Below, piece by piece: positions 8,015 through 17,276 of a stretch of 64,000 nt of DNA (positions are counted from its first letter, which is position 1; each line of letters begins with the position of its first letter). A program made the position numbers and the translations under genes. The notes beneath the pieces are model-generated. The model saw only the letters and a list, made by a program, of their open reading frames with translations. It was not told the DNA's origin and searched no databases. Location of the stretch: the IMG/VR virus record IMGVR_UViG_3300042541_001760, positions 186,001 to 250,000 of that record; one strand, 5' to 3'.

Positions 8015-9709
8015 TTAGAAAATTATTGCGTTTTGGATTTCCCTATCTTGACTATCCGTTATGTATTTTACTTCGTCATTTAACCATATTAAATTACCTA
8101 CCCTACCCGTATACCAACCAGATTTAGAGTATAGTTCCACACCTTTTAATTTAACAACCAATTCAGGTAGTCCAAATATAAGGGGATTATTTAAAATCAC
8201 TATCCTTGCATCCAATTTACGAATGACTGACATCCAAGTTACATCCAACATCTCATTGAATTTACCCAACGCCTGAATTCTTCTGAACTCAATTCTATTT
8301 TTATTTTTGGTTACACGATACTCAATGGTTGCCCTGTCTTCTGAATTTACACCACTTTTTCTTAATGATATGATTAACGATTCCGCTCTTTGAACATATG
8401 TCCTAACACAATTGGATTGGACTCTTGACTCATCATTGTATTCAGATGTTGATGTCAAAATCACAGGATAATAATTTTCATTATTAAAGATTGGTGGAGT
8501 AACTCTATTTGTAAAATCTTCACTATAGAATCTGAAGAACTCACCCTTTTCATAACTCGCCAGCTTATCTGACCACAATACGTGTTCTCTATTAAAACTT
8601 TTTAAATCGTGAGCCTTCCACTTAATCGTTTCAAACTTGTTTAATCGGTTATAAAATGAAATGTGGTCATTAAACGTAATTAAATGACTTGTCCCATCCA
8701 TAATGAACATAAAACACTTTAATGCGTTTATCTTTTCATTTCTGTTTAAATCAAGTGGTGTTACATTTTCAATAATTTCATATGGTTTATGCCAATATTC
8801 TATAATACCGGTTAACACATCATCATCTTGTTGTCTTAAAAAATCCTCACCAAATTTATTTATTGCATACTTTAAATTATCGGTATTAACGTGAGTTACA
8901 TTATGTAATATCTTCTTTATCTTATCACCACTAAATCCATTAATTGACATATAAGTATCAATTAATTTAAACTTATTTTTCTTTAATTGTCTCTTGTTGG
9001 GTAATGGAAATTGCTTACTGAAAGAAGTCCAATTGTCGGGGTATTTAATACCTCTAACATCTAAATATCTTTTATAAATTAATTCATCAGGCGTATATAT
9101 GGACATAGTACTAACACCAAACTCATTGAAGAATATATCAAATACCTTATCTACTATCTTTCTTCTATCGTCATCGGAGGGATATTTAATTTCTTTATTA
9201 TCAGTTATCTGACTAAATATTAAGTCATTATATAGTTTCGCTATTGGTGTACAATAAAAAGCATTTCTTTTAACGACCTTCTTAGATTTTTTCTTTAGGT
9301 GATACCCTGATATTGTTCCATAGTATATGTCCCCCGTAGATATTTTATAAGTAATAAAATACATCATCGTTTTTTTTCTAAAGAATTTCTCACCTACCAT
9401 CCTTCTATAAGTTTTCCCATAAAATTTTATGGAAACTTTATCATCATTTCTTTCAACAACCAATAAATTATTAACCCTACCAAGTTCGCAAAGTGGATTG
9501 CCGTAATTTTCCAAGAAATCTTCCATCGTATCGGAAACTTTATCATATATAAAATCCCCGTTTTTTGTGCTGAAAGCCGAACGAAGCTCATCCCTCTTCA
9601 CTGGACTTGATGTCTTAAAAAAGTTAGTATGTACCTTATCATAAACTAATCTGAAAAGTTCTGTCCTGTTATCTTCGTGAATTTTAGTTGTTTCTTGTTT
9701 GGTCTCCAT
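8015..9709 (-). CDS. PcfJ-like domain protein
   Basis: C-terminal EYNDESRVQSNCVRTY...RATIEY motif; ATG at 9709 preferred over TTG at 9715. Confidence 0.7.
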   Translation of the reverse strand: METKQETTKIHEDNRTELFRLVYDKVHTNFFKTSSPVKRDELRSAFSTKNGDFIYDKVSDTMEDFLENYGNPLCELGRVNNLLVVERNDDKVSIKFYGKTYRRMVGEKFFRKKTMMYFITYKISTGDIYYGTISGYHLKKKSKKVVKRNAFYCTPIAKLYNDLIFSQITDNKEIKYPSDDDRRKIVDKVFDIFFNEFGVSTMSIYTPDELIYKRYLDVRGIKYPDNWTSFSKQFPLPNKRQLKKNKFKLIDTYMSINGFSGDKIKKILHNVTHVNTDNLKYAINKFGEDFLRQQDDDVLTGIIEYWHKPYEIIENVTPLDLNRNEKINALKCFMFIMDGTSHLITFNDHISFYNRLNKFETIKWKAHDLKSFNREHVLWSDKLASYEKGEFFRFYSEDFTNRVTPPIFNNENYYPVILTSTSEYNDESRVQSNCVRTYVQRAESLIISLRKSGVNSEDRATIEYRVTKNKNRIEFRRIQALGKFNEMLDVTWMSVIRKLDARIVILNNPLIFGLPELVVKLKGVELYSKSGWYTGRVGNLIWLNDEVKYITDSQDREIQNAIIF

Positions 9710-9713
9710 AGTC

Positions 9714-9748
9714 AAAAAAAAAGGAGTAGAAAACTAAATCTACTCCTT
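9714..9748 (-). terminator. Terminator-like hairpin in the leader of the PcfJ-like gene
   Basis: AAGGAGTAGA/TCTACTCCTT 10-bp stem followed by a T-run on the minus strand. Confidence 0.7.
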
Positions 9749-9749
9749 A

Positions 9750-9757
9750 CAAATATA
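9750..9757 (-). promoter_or_regulatory. Bacteroidota-type -7 promoter TATATTTG (TAnnTTTG)
   Basis: Exact match in intergenic region upstream of 9709. Confidence 0.7.
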
Positions 9758-9770
9758 CGAAAAAAATCTA

Positions 9771-10073
9771 TTAATTCAAACCAATTAATCCGTGATTTGT
9801 GGATTGAAAAACTTTATTTATTATAATAACAAGTTTCTCATTAGTTATGTCTCTCTTCTTAAGTTTAACCACAACTTCTATAATCTGATGTTGTGTTAAT
9901 GTTATATCCTCACCTTTATCGTAATTAAGAGTTGCCTGTTCTTTAAGTAAAGTATAGAACTCATCTTTATCAAGTTCACCAATTAAATCCATTAAATCGT
10001 TTGGATTGCTCTCAAAAAATTTAACAAGTTGGTTAATATAAATATCAATATCAACTCTATCCATATCAGTCAT
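9771..10073 (-). CDS. Hypothetical protein (100 aa)
   Basis: ORF only. Confidence 0.7.
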   Translation of the reverse strand: MTDMDRVDIDIYINQLVKFFESNPNDLMDLIGELDKDEFYTLLKEQATLNYDKGEDITLTQHQIIEVVVKLKKRDITNEKLVIIINKVFQSTNHGLIGLN

Positions 10074-10095
10074 AATTACAATCGTTTAATCGTTT

Positions 10096-11466
10096 TTAAT
10101 TATCAAGAAAAAAGTAACCATTACCTTGTGATATTAAATTTTCCCTAACCGATTCAGGTAAGGTTTCCTCTAACTTATCTCCTGAACCATAAATGTTAAG
10201 GAAGGTCAGGTCTTTTAAGTTTTCTATTGAACTTGGTAATGATTTTAATTGTTTGTTATTAGGTAGTATAAGATAACCTAAATTTGTTAGTTTTCCAAGT
10301 TCATCAGGTAATGATTTAACAATATTTTCTAATTGTAAAGTCGTTAAATTTGTAAATTCGCCTATTGATGCTGGAATGTCTATCGCAAGATCTTCTTTAG
10401 ATTTATTAATGAATGATAACATATCTATGTCTCTTGGTAAACTTTCAAACAATTCCTCAAAGCCATATAGAGCCACGAATTTACCCGCTGAACTATCAGG
10501 GTAAGTTATGTTAACTTGGTTCGTAGATTGATTAACCAATCCTTTTGCGAATTCAGGTTTGAAGTATTCTTTAAGGTCGGGTGCTTTATTATTTAAAAAA
10601 TCAACCAACTCAATTCTATGGTCTAATCTATCCATAAACTGATTAGATGGGAAGTGAAATTGGAATCTGTCTTGGGGTAATCCTGTTCTTCCTCCGACAG
10701 GTCCACCCTCATCGTTAGATAATAACACATAAAGAGGTCCGTCTTTAACATATCCCCTAAAATAACTTGAACTTGGTGGTGATGTACACCATCTTGATTC
10801 ACCCTTTTCGTAGTCATAATAACCACCATACCAAGATGCCGCTTCTTGACCTTTTTCACCCCCATCTGAAATCTTAACCACTGTATAGTTGTCTCCAACA
10901 TATTCAACGGTCGCACCAGGATGTGAAAAACCTTTTCTTTCTTTACGAATTTCTTTTTTAACTTCTGACTTAGCTAATTTATTCTTAATCTTCTCAGGTA
11001 GTTCAAAATTATTTAGGAATTTGAAAAGTTTAGTTGGTGTAAATTTATTGATATCTCTCCATACAACAGGAAAATATTGTTTGTATTTTGTGAATTTTTT
11101 AAGGTCATCTGTTAATTTAAACAAATCCTCCATAAATAAATCACGTGCTCTTTCAACACTACCTGAGTCGTCAGTTTCGGGACTCTCATAGTTCTTTAAC
11201 ATCCAATTAACATATTGACCCGGTTGAATCTTTTTTAAATTCTCAGGACTAAAATCCGCATCGTTAAAATCCGCAGGTTTTTTTGTGGTTGGATCGGCAA
11301 ATATGATATCTGCCAATTTATTTATATCCATTAAAGCTTTTGAGCCTTTACCGGGTATTACATCTTTCTTAGGTTTTGTATATTTGTCAATCAATACATC
11401 AAAACGACTTTGTTCCGTTAGAATATTACGTAACAATGTGTTTAATTTTATATTTTTAATTTTCAT
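10096..11466 (-). CDS. Protein with central WCTS domain and C-terminal leucine-rich repeats
   Basis: SRWCTS motif; IPASIGEFTNLTTLQL, LPDELGKLTNLGYLIL, LPSSIENLKDLTFLNI repeats. Confidence 0.85.
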   Translation of the reverse strand: MKIKNIKLNTLLRNILTEQSRFDVLIDKYTKPKKDVIPGKGSKALMDINKLADIIFADPTTKKPADFNDADFSPENLKKIQPGQYVNWMLKNYESPETDDSGSVERARDLFMEDLFKLTDDLKKFTKYKQYFPVVWRDINKFTPTKLFKFLNNFELPEKIKNKLAKSEVKKEIRKERKGFSHPGATVEYVGDNYTVVKISDGGEKGQEAASWYGGYYDYEKGESRWCTSPPSSSYFRGYVKDGPLYVLLSNDEGGPVGGRTGLPQDRFQFHFPSNQFMDRLDHRIELVDFLNNKAPDLKEYFKPEFAKGLVNQSTNQVNITYPDSSAGKFVALYGFEELFESLPRDIDMLSFINKSKEDLAIDIPASIGEFTNLTTLQLENIVKSLPDELGKLTNLGYLILPNNKQLKSLPSSIENLKDLTFLNIYGSGDKLEETLPESVRENLISQGNGYFFLDN

Positions 11467-11496
11467 ATCTATTATATATTTTGCTAAGTTATTAAA

Positions 11497-13311
11497 TTAA
11501 TACCAAATATAAAAACCGGGACCTTCTTCTTTCATCCTTGCTCTTACTTCTTCGGGTATGATTATATCAGGATTAGATCCCTCCAATAGGATGAAATCTA
11601 ACTCTTCTAATTTTGCTAATGATTTGGGTAATGACTTTAGTCTAGGGTTGTTGGGTAATCCTAAAACAGATAACCTACTTAGATTACCAATTGATTCGGG
11701 TAACTCCTCAACAACGCCAGTCAAACTTAAATTCTCAAGATTACTAAATCTATCTATGTCGTTTGGTATATCTATTTTTATTGACCCATCTTTACTCTTA
11801 TTCTTTATTACTAACTCAGTGATGGTGTCAGGTAATGAATCAAAAAGTTCTTTTAATCCATATAGGGCAATGTATTTACCTTCGTTTGATGATGGTAACT
11901 CAATTACTGCTGAGTCCTTGAATACAAAATTGGTTGCGAACTTAGTTTTAAGGGATTCTTTTAGTTTGGCCATCATAGGTAAATTTAGTATGGCTATCTC
12001 ACCTTCACTTAAACTACCAATATTCTTGTTAGATAAAGCCTCAACTTTTTTCTTTAGGTAGTATTTCATTGTGTCAGAATCAGAGTTCCTAACTTGACCT
12101 GCGGTTAATTCGTGACCTAAAGCAATATATTTCTTTCTTAAATTTGGTGTTAGGCTATTGAATTGTTCATCACTTACTTTCCTATTAACAATCTCTAACC
12201 AATACTCAACCTCATTTTCATTAGCGAAAGTATCAAAGAGATTATCACCGACTTTTGAGTTTCTTATTTTATCTATAAGTACTTTTTCGTCAGATGTTAA
12301 TGGTTTTGGTTTGAATACGCCCTCCAATCCTTTTAATTTAGGTATTTTAGTTAATATCTCACTCCAAGGAATATTGTTATGACCTGAATATCTACCTGAG
12401 TTTGTACCATCCGCCAATGACATATCCCCATCAGGGTCAACCAATATAACAACCGCAAAGTTTACATCAGAATAATCCTTATCTTGGTCTATCACATAGT
12501 ATAATGTTCTCTCGTTGTCTAATCTATAGTTATAGAATAAGTTTGATGTTCCCTCACGAGATGTACACCAACTTCTACCATTCTTTAACTTAATACACTG
12601 GTCTCTCGTCTTTGGTTGGAATATTAATAAGTTATTCTCATTGTATACTTCCTCAATATCAGATACATCTGTTTTTGTTTCTGTGTCGTCGGATTTAACT
12701 GACGCATCAATATAATGTTCAAAATCTGTAAAACTTAGTGAGGTTGCCAATGGCATTTGCTCATATAACTGATTAAAGTTATCCAAGTACGCTTGAACAT
12801 AATACATTATTACATCTTCCGTTAGATTTGGATTCTCTTTCTTAAATTTCTCTGACAATATTTTTAGTAGAAACTTGGGGTAAGATTGGTCAATAACTTT
12901 TTGTAAATCCAAGAATTTATACTTGGTGATGTCCTTACCTTTACCGAATGCGTCCTCAATCTCCAAAAACTTTCTAATGGTTTTCTTAAGAGACACATTT
13001 TCAATACCCCCTTCTTTCTTTTTGAACTCCTTAAAAAGATCGGATTCTCTTTTTTGAGTTCTCTTTAAAGCAATAATGTTTTTTAATTCACTATATGAAT
13101 ATCTTGATAAATCTCTTTTCTCAACAGGTAACCCGTTTTTGTATTTTTCAAAATCGTCAATGTATCCACCTATGGTTTTTTCGTCATCCTTAGTATCTTG
13201 TAAAAATTTACCGATTAACTTCGCTTTTATTTTATCGGATACTTCTTTAAGTAACTTTTTAGGTAACGGGCTTTCAACCACAACGGACGATAATAAATTT
13301 ACTAACTTCAT
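11497..13311 (-). CDS. Paralogous WCTS-domain plus leucine-rich-repeat protein
   Basis: RSWCTS motif; LPESIGNLSRLSVLGL, LPKSLAKLEELDFILL repeats; C-terminal region aligns with 10096..11466. Confidence 0.85.
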   Translation of the reverse strand: MKLVNLLSSVVVESPLPKKLLKEVSDKIKAKLIGKFLQDTKDDEKTIGGYIDDFEKYKNGLPVEKRDLSRYSYSELKNIIALKRTQKRESDLFKEFKKKEGGIENVSLKKTIRKFLEIEDAFGKGKDITKYKFLDLQKVIDQSYPKFLLKILSEKFKKENPNLTEDVIMYYVQAYLDNFNQLYEQMPLATSLSFTDFEHYIDASVKSDDTETKTDVSDIEEVYNENNLLIFQPKTRDQCIKLKNGRSWCTSREGTSNLFYNYRLDNERTLYYVIDQDKDYSDVNFAVVILVDPDGDMSLADGTNSGRYSGHNNIPWSEILTKIPKLKGLEGVFKPKPLTSDEKVLIDKIRNSKVGDNLFDTFANENEVEYWLEIVNRKVSDEQFNSLTPNLRKKYIALGHELTAGQVRNSDSDTMKYYLKKKVEALSNKNIGSLSEGEIAILNLPMMAKLKESLKTKFATNFVFKDSAVIELPSSNEGKYIALYGLKELFDSLPDTITELVIKNKSKDGSIKIDIPNDIDRFSNLENLSLTGVVEELPESIGNLSRLSVLGLPNNPRLKSLPKSLAKLEELDFILLEGSNPDIIIPEEVRARMKEEGPGFYIWY

Positions 13312-13329
13312 TTTATATATGTAATTTAT

Positions 13330-13337
13330 TATAAATA
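13330..13337 (-). promoter_or_regulatory. Putative late promoter TATTTATA
   Basis: Exact motif 18 nt upstream of ATG 13311. Confidence 0.6.
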
Positions 13338-13356
13338 CCTATAAAGTCAGAAAAAA

Positions 13357-14202
13357 TTAATAGTTCATAATCAAAAGTTCTTCCCCCATAGATTGTTTAC
13401 CACCTTTTTTTGCTCCTGCCGCTTTTGCGAACTCTTTACTCTCCCATCTATACTTATCTTTTGGAAACCATTCCTCCAATTTATCAAAATAATAGTATGA
13501 CATTGAGAACTTACCTTTCATATTTCTTAGGGTGTCTGCCAGTCTTTCGTGGTCACTTAATCCGAATCCGTGATTGGAATAATAGTCCTCCGTCTTGTAG
13601 TATGGAGCGTCAACATACACATAAAAATTCTCATCGTCATATTTCTCAATGAACTTTTGAAAATCCATATTCTCAACGATATTGATGCTCTTAAATTTCT
13701 TAATCCACTCAGGATGTTTTAATTTATCTCTGAATGTTAGAAACTTAGATTTATACTTACCCTTCAAATCAATGTAGTTACTTTTCTCAGGTTTACTACC
13801 TGAAAATACTTGTGTTAAGATGTAAGCGTATTGAGCGGCAACCTCATAATTAGGTTCATCACCAACCACAAAATTGGGATCGTATAACTTTGTTTGGAAC
13901 TCTTTGAATAGTTTTGGTAACTCAGGTGATGTATTGGGGTCGTCTTTCTGTTGGCAAGGTATGTTCTCAACCTCAACCAACAATAGTTCGGGGTTCTTTA
14001 AACACTTAAAAAAATTAGTGTTAAGTGGATTAAAGTCATTATATATGACGTTGGTAAGATTTGGGAAGTTCACCATATCCATATTAAAGAAACACCAAAA
14101 CATTCCACCGAAGCATTCTGAGTAATTAGTTATGTTTGAAGGGTAGTGTGGGGTAATCCATTTTGAGATTCGGGACTTACCTCCGATGTATGAAACTGGC
14201 AT
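13357..14202 (-). CDS. dam: Dam-family (D12 class) N6-adenine DNA methyltransferase
   Basis: YIGGKS, ECFGG, IYNDFN, ENMDF, YVDAPY (DPPY variant), DHERLA motifs. Confidence 0.85.
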   Translation of the reverse strand: MPVSYIGGKSRISKWITPHYPSNITNYSECFGGMFWCFFNMDMVNFPNLTNVIYNDFNPLNTNFFKCLKNPELLLVEVENIPCQQKDDPNTSPELPKLFKEFQTKLYDPNFVVGDEPNYEVAAQYAYILTQVFSGSKPEKSNYIDLKGKYKSKFLTFRDKLKHPEWIKKFKSINIVENMDFQKFIEKYDDENFYVYVDAPYYKTEDYYSNHGFGLSDHERLADTLRNMKGKFSMSYYYFDKLEEWFPKDKYRWESKEFAKAAGAKKGGKQSMGEELLIMNY

Positions 14203-14251
14203 AATATTTTTTATAGAAGTATAACCAATTTATTAGACTTAATCAACCTTC

Positions 14252-14371
14252 TTAGTCGTTTTTGTTACCCTTACGAGAGTAAACCTTACCCGAAGGTTTA
14301 ACCTTCTGAATCATCTTTCTACGTATGATTTGTGCCGTATGTCTTTCAGATAGTCCGTTAAAAGTCATCAT
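14252..14371 (-). CDS. Small basic peptide (39 aa) missed by the ORF track
   Basis: MMTFNGLSERHTAQIIRRKMIQKVKPSGKVYSRKGNKND*, downstream of a TATCTTTG promoter. Confidence 0.55.
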   Translation of the reverse strand: MMTFNGLSERHTAQIIRRKMIQKVKPSGKVYSRKGNKND

Positions 14372-14405
14372 AGTTTCTAAGTTTTTAGGGTGGTTGATTG
14401 TTTTA

Positions 14406-14413
14406 CAAAGATA
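14406..14413 (-). promoter_or_regulatory. Bacteroidota-type promoter TATCTTTG
   Basis: TAnnTTTG match upstream of the small ORF and dam. Confidence 0.65.
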
Positions 14414-14476
14414 CAATAAATATCATTACCACCAAATCTTATTTAAATAAAATTTACAAATACAGGTAGAACCCCT

Positions 14477-14686
14477 ATGTTTGTTAAAAATAAAAATATT
14501 ATGGAAAATATCGTAGAAACACTATTCGCAAAAGACAACTCAAAACCTGAAGGTGAGTGTAAAACATGTAAAAATAAAGTCAACCCGTTACAAAGTGGTT
14601 TAATTTGGTTCTCAGTTTGGATGTTAATAATGTCATTATATGGTCACGTAGTTTTTTTTAAAAAAATATTTGGTCTTATTTTTTAA
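14477..14686 (+). CDS. Small membrane protein with CxxC motif (start may be 14501)
   Basis: CKTCK followed by one hydrophobic helix. Confidence 0.6.
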   Translation: MFVKNKNIMENIVETLFAKDNSKPEGECKTCKNKVNPLQSGLIWFSVWMLIMSLYGHVVFFKKIFGLIF

Positions 14687-15620
14687 ATCTGACATTCAAT
14701 CTGACATACATATCCCCTAACCCGTTGTTCCTGAACCCCTTTGATTTTAATCTTAGGGGTTTTGTTGTATCAAACTCATCTGGCATCTTAATAGCCAACT
14801 TACCATCAGGGTGTGGTATCTCAAAACTATCCGACTTTAACTCATCAAGATTAAAAAACTTATTGTATATGAGATCGTTATTAACCTTCTCAAAATCTTC
14901 CAATGGTTGGACATTAAATTTTATGAGTAAGTTACCATAACTACCATTTATAAAATCCCCTTTACCTTGAGCCTTAATGAATTGTCCATTATCAATTCCG
15001 TGAGGTATGGCAATATTAATTGAGTCCATCATATCTTTTGTTCCTGAACCAACACAAGAGTGGCAGGTGGTCTTAAATGTAAATCCTCTACCACCACATC
15101 CATTACAAGCGGTTCTAACCATCTGAACAAACATACCGGTACCTACTCTTTGTGTTATTGATCCGGCGCCACCGCACATTCCACATTGTATCCTTTCTCC
15201 ACCACTACCACTACAATCCTGACATTGGTGTTTTCTATTATATACTATATTTTTTTGAGCTGACTTATATGAATCCAATACACTTATATTAACATCAACC
15301 ACTTTATCAGGGGCTTGTCTTTGTTGTTGTTGGGGATTACCTCCACGACCACCACCGAAGAACTGAGCAAACAAATCTTCCATAGATCCACCTCCACCAC
15401 CAAATCCTGCCATTGGGTTGTTTCTTTGGTTATCGTATCGTTTTCGTTTATTATCGTCTCCAATCGTATCATAAGCCTGAGCAACCTCCTTGAATATATT
15501 CTCATCCCCTCCTTTATCGGGGTGATGCTCAACCGCTTTCTTCCTATACGCTTTTTTTATTTCATCTTGGGTTGCGGTTTCGGAAACTCCTAACACTTCA
15601 TAATAATTGGGTTGTGCCAT
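14676..15620 (-). CDS. dnaJ: DnaJ chaperone
   Basis: J-domain with HPD, G/F-rich linker, four CxxCxGxG repeats, DnaJ C-terminal domain. Confidence 0.95.
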   Translation of the reverse strand: MAQPNYYEVLGVSETATQDEIKKAYRKKAVEHHPDKGGDENIFKEVAQAYDTIGDDNKRKRYDNQRNNPMAGFGGGGGSMEDLFAQFFGGGRGGNPQQQQRQAPDKVVDVNISVLDSYKSAQKNIVYNRKHQCQDCSGSGGERIQCGMCGGAGSITQRVGTGMFVQMVRTACNGCGGRGFTFKTTCHSCVGSGTKDMMDSINIAIPHGIDNGQFIKAQGKGDFINGSYGNLLIKFNVQPLEDFEKVNNDLIYNKFFNLDELKSDSFEIPHPDGKLAIKMPDEFDTTKPLRLKSKGFRNNGLGDMYVRLNVRFKK

Positions 15621-15659
15621 AATGATTTACTTAATCTTATAATTGTGGTATTTTATAAT

Positions 15660-16310
15660 ATGGATAATAATTTTTTGGTTGTCTTATTCAAGAATAGAGT
15701 AAAACAAAAAATACTAAACAAATTTAAAACTTATAAGCGAGTTAATCAATACTTCAAAGATTTGGAGAAGGAGAGTAATGCCGTTATATTCGATCGACAT
15801 TACGATAATGGTGTTAAGTGTGACTATCAATTGGGATTACTACAAAAAAGTAATGTGGGTAAATCTATGGTATATATGGTAGATTCCCTGGGTCGTAACA
15901 TCAAGATAGAGTTTGAGGATCCCGATTACGAATTAGTTAAGATGGTAAATTATAATTTTGAGGAGTTGATATTTGATAACCAAAAAAAGAAAAGGATAAC
16001 AATTGATAAATTTATGTTAAAATATTTATCCAAGCCAGGACTTAAGATGATATCAAAATTGAACCACAGGATTATAGTTCAATTGGATGAATTGATATGG
16101 TTATTTACTTTGAAAACTGAGGATGATGGTGATAGGTTCATTAACCAACTATCGGAACATTTCTCTTCGTTGGGTAGGATGGATTGTATTTTGGTTAGGG
16201 ATTGTTCTACCGATCAAAGAAAATACCTTTACTCCTTATTAGAGGAGTCAGGTATTCCTAAGACGATGTTGTATCGTCAGTCAACGACGTTTCCATCCTC
16301 AACCCGTTAA
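15660..16310 (+). CDS. Hypothetical protein (ORF track start 15612; ATG 15660 avoids overlap with dnaJ)
   Basis: Long ORF divergent from dnaJ. Confidence 0.7.
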   Translation: MDNNFLVVLFKNRVKQKILNKFKTYKRVNQYFKDLEKESNAVIFDRHYDNGVKCDYQLGLLQKSNVGKSMVYMVDSLGRNIKIEFEDPDYELVKMVNYNFEELIFDNQKKKRITIDKFMLKYLSKPGLKMISKLNHRIIVQLDELIWLFTLKTEDDGDRFINQLSEHFSSLGRMDCILVRDCSTDQRKYLYSLLEESGIPKTMLYRQSTTFPSSTR

Positions 16311-16518
16311 TAAGGAAGATAAATTCTGTCCCCGACATATCTATCTTAAACTTATCATCTTTAAGATTTGGTTGTTTTAACATTACTTGAGTTCTTCTGA
16401 ATTCCATCTCATCAAGTTCAAATATAATGGTAGACCTACCATTAAATAAATTTTGAGTTGCGTCAGCCATTAAAGCCAATTTTGCTAGAATCCCAATATC
16501 GTCGTTATCTTCTGCCAT
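16258..16518 (-). CDS. Hypothetical protein (86 aa)
   Basis: Member of an overlapping small-gene operon. Confidence 0.65.
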   Translation of the reverse strand: MAEDNDDIGILAKLALMADATQNLFNGRSTIIFELDEMEFRRTQVMLKQPNLKDDKFKIDMSGTEFIFLINGLRMETSLTDDTTSS

Positions 16519-16706
16519 AATGTCAATTTTTTTGGTGTCGTGTTAACGATTTCCTCTTTTCTTACTTTTTTTATTGAATTAATAAATTCTTCCTTAACCT
16601 TTAAGATGCTTAATTCATCTTTTTTGGTTTGGGATTCATACCAAGCAAGAATATCTTTTTCTTCAGTTTGTTGCTGGCTCTGCGTCTGTGAGTTCTTCAT
16701 CTTCAA
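16485..16706 (-). CDS. Hypothetical protein (73 aa)
   Basis: Member of an overlapping small-gene operon. Confidence 0.6.
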   Translation of the reverse strand: MKMKNSQTQSQQQTEEKDILAWYESQTKKDELSILKVKEEFINSIKKVRKEEIVNTTPKKLTLWQKITTILGF

Positions 16707-17085
16707 ATTCTACTTTTTTTGATGTGATGTCAAATTTCAAATTCTTTAAATTGTCAAGGTTCTGCTTATCAAACATTTTTCTTAATTCACTAACCTTATC
16801 ATCAAATAACTTTTCCTTCTCTTCTCTCTCTTTATTATATCTAATAACATTTTGGATGTTTGAAAGGATATTATCTACCGCCTGTTCTTCAAATTCACTC
16901 ACAAAGGAGAAGAATCTATGGTCAGGTAACTGACTCTCATTCTCAACTATTGAGTTTTCAGGAATATACTTCTTTGGTAGTTTCCAAGAATTTGGAAACA
17001 TAACATCAATAGATAGGTGGGTCTTTAGTTTCCTAATTGAGTGTAGATAAGGAAACAATATAGTTACTTCTTGATAGAGAGTCAT
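16663..17085 (-). CDS. Hypothetical coiled-coil protein (140 aa)
   Basis: ORF coupled to neighbours. Confidence 0.7.
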   Translation of the reverse strand: MTLYQEVTILFPYLHSIRKLKTHLSIDVMFPNSWKLPKKYIPENSIVENESQLPDHRFFSFVSEFEEQAVDNILSNIQNVIRYNKEREEKEKLFDDKVSELRKMFDKQNLDNLKNLKFDITSKKVEFEDEELTDAEPATN

Positions 17086-17276
17086 AATAGTGTTTGTATA
17101 ATGTAAGTTAATATATATGACAATGCGAGTCCGTTTGAAATTAGTGCCGTATTACTATGATGCACCTTTTCAGGAATCTCTTGTAACACGGCACTTATAA
17201 TTTTAACAAAATTTCTCGTGATTGTCAAAATTGAGAATATGAATATAAACAAAAATAGGGTATTAATATTAAACAT
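17082..17276 (-). CDS. Small two-TM membrane protein
   Basis: Two hydrophobic segments in 64 aa. Confidence 0.65.
   Translation of the reverse strand: MFNINTLFLFIFIFSILTITRNFVKIISAVLQEIPEKVHHSNTALISNGLALSYILTYIIQTLL

Noticed and set aside
14203-14476. tRNA or structured ncRNA in the longest apparent intergenic gap
   Set aside because: No cloverleaf or T-loop consensus was seen; the gap is explained by a 39-aa ORF and a promoter. The short AAACCTT/AAGGTTT inverted repeat lies within that ORF.
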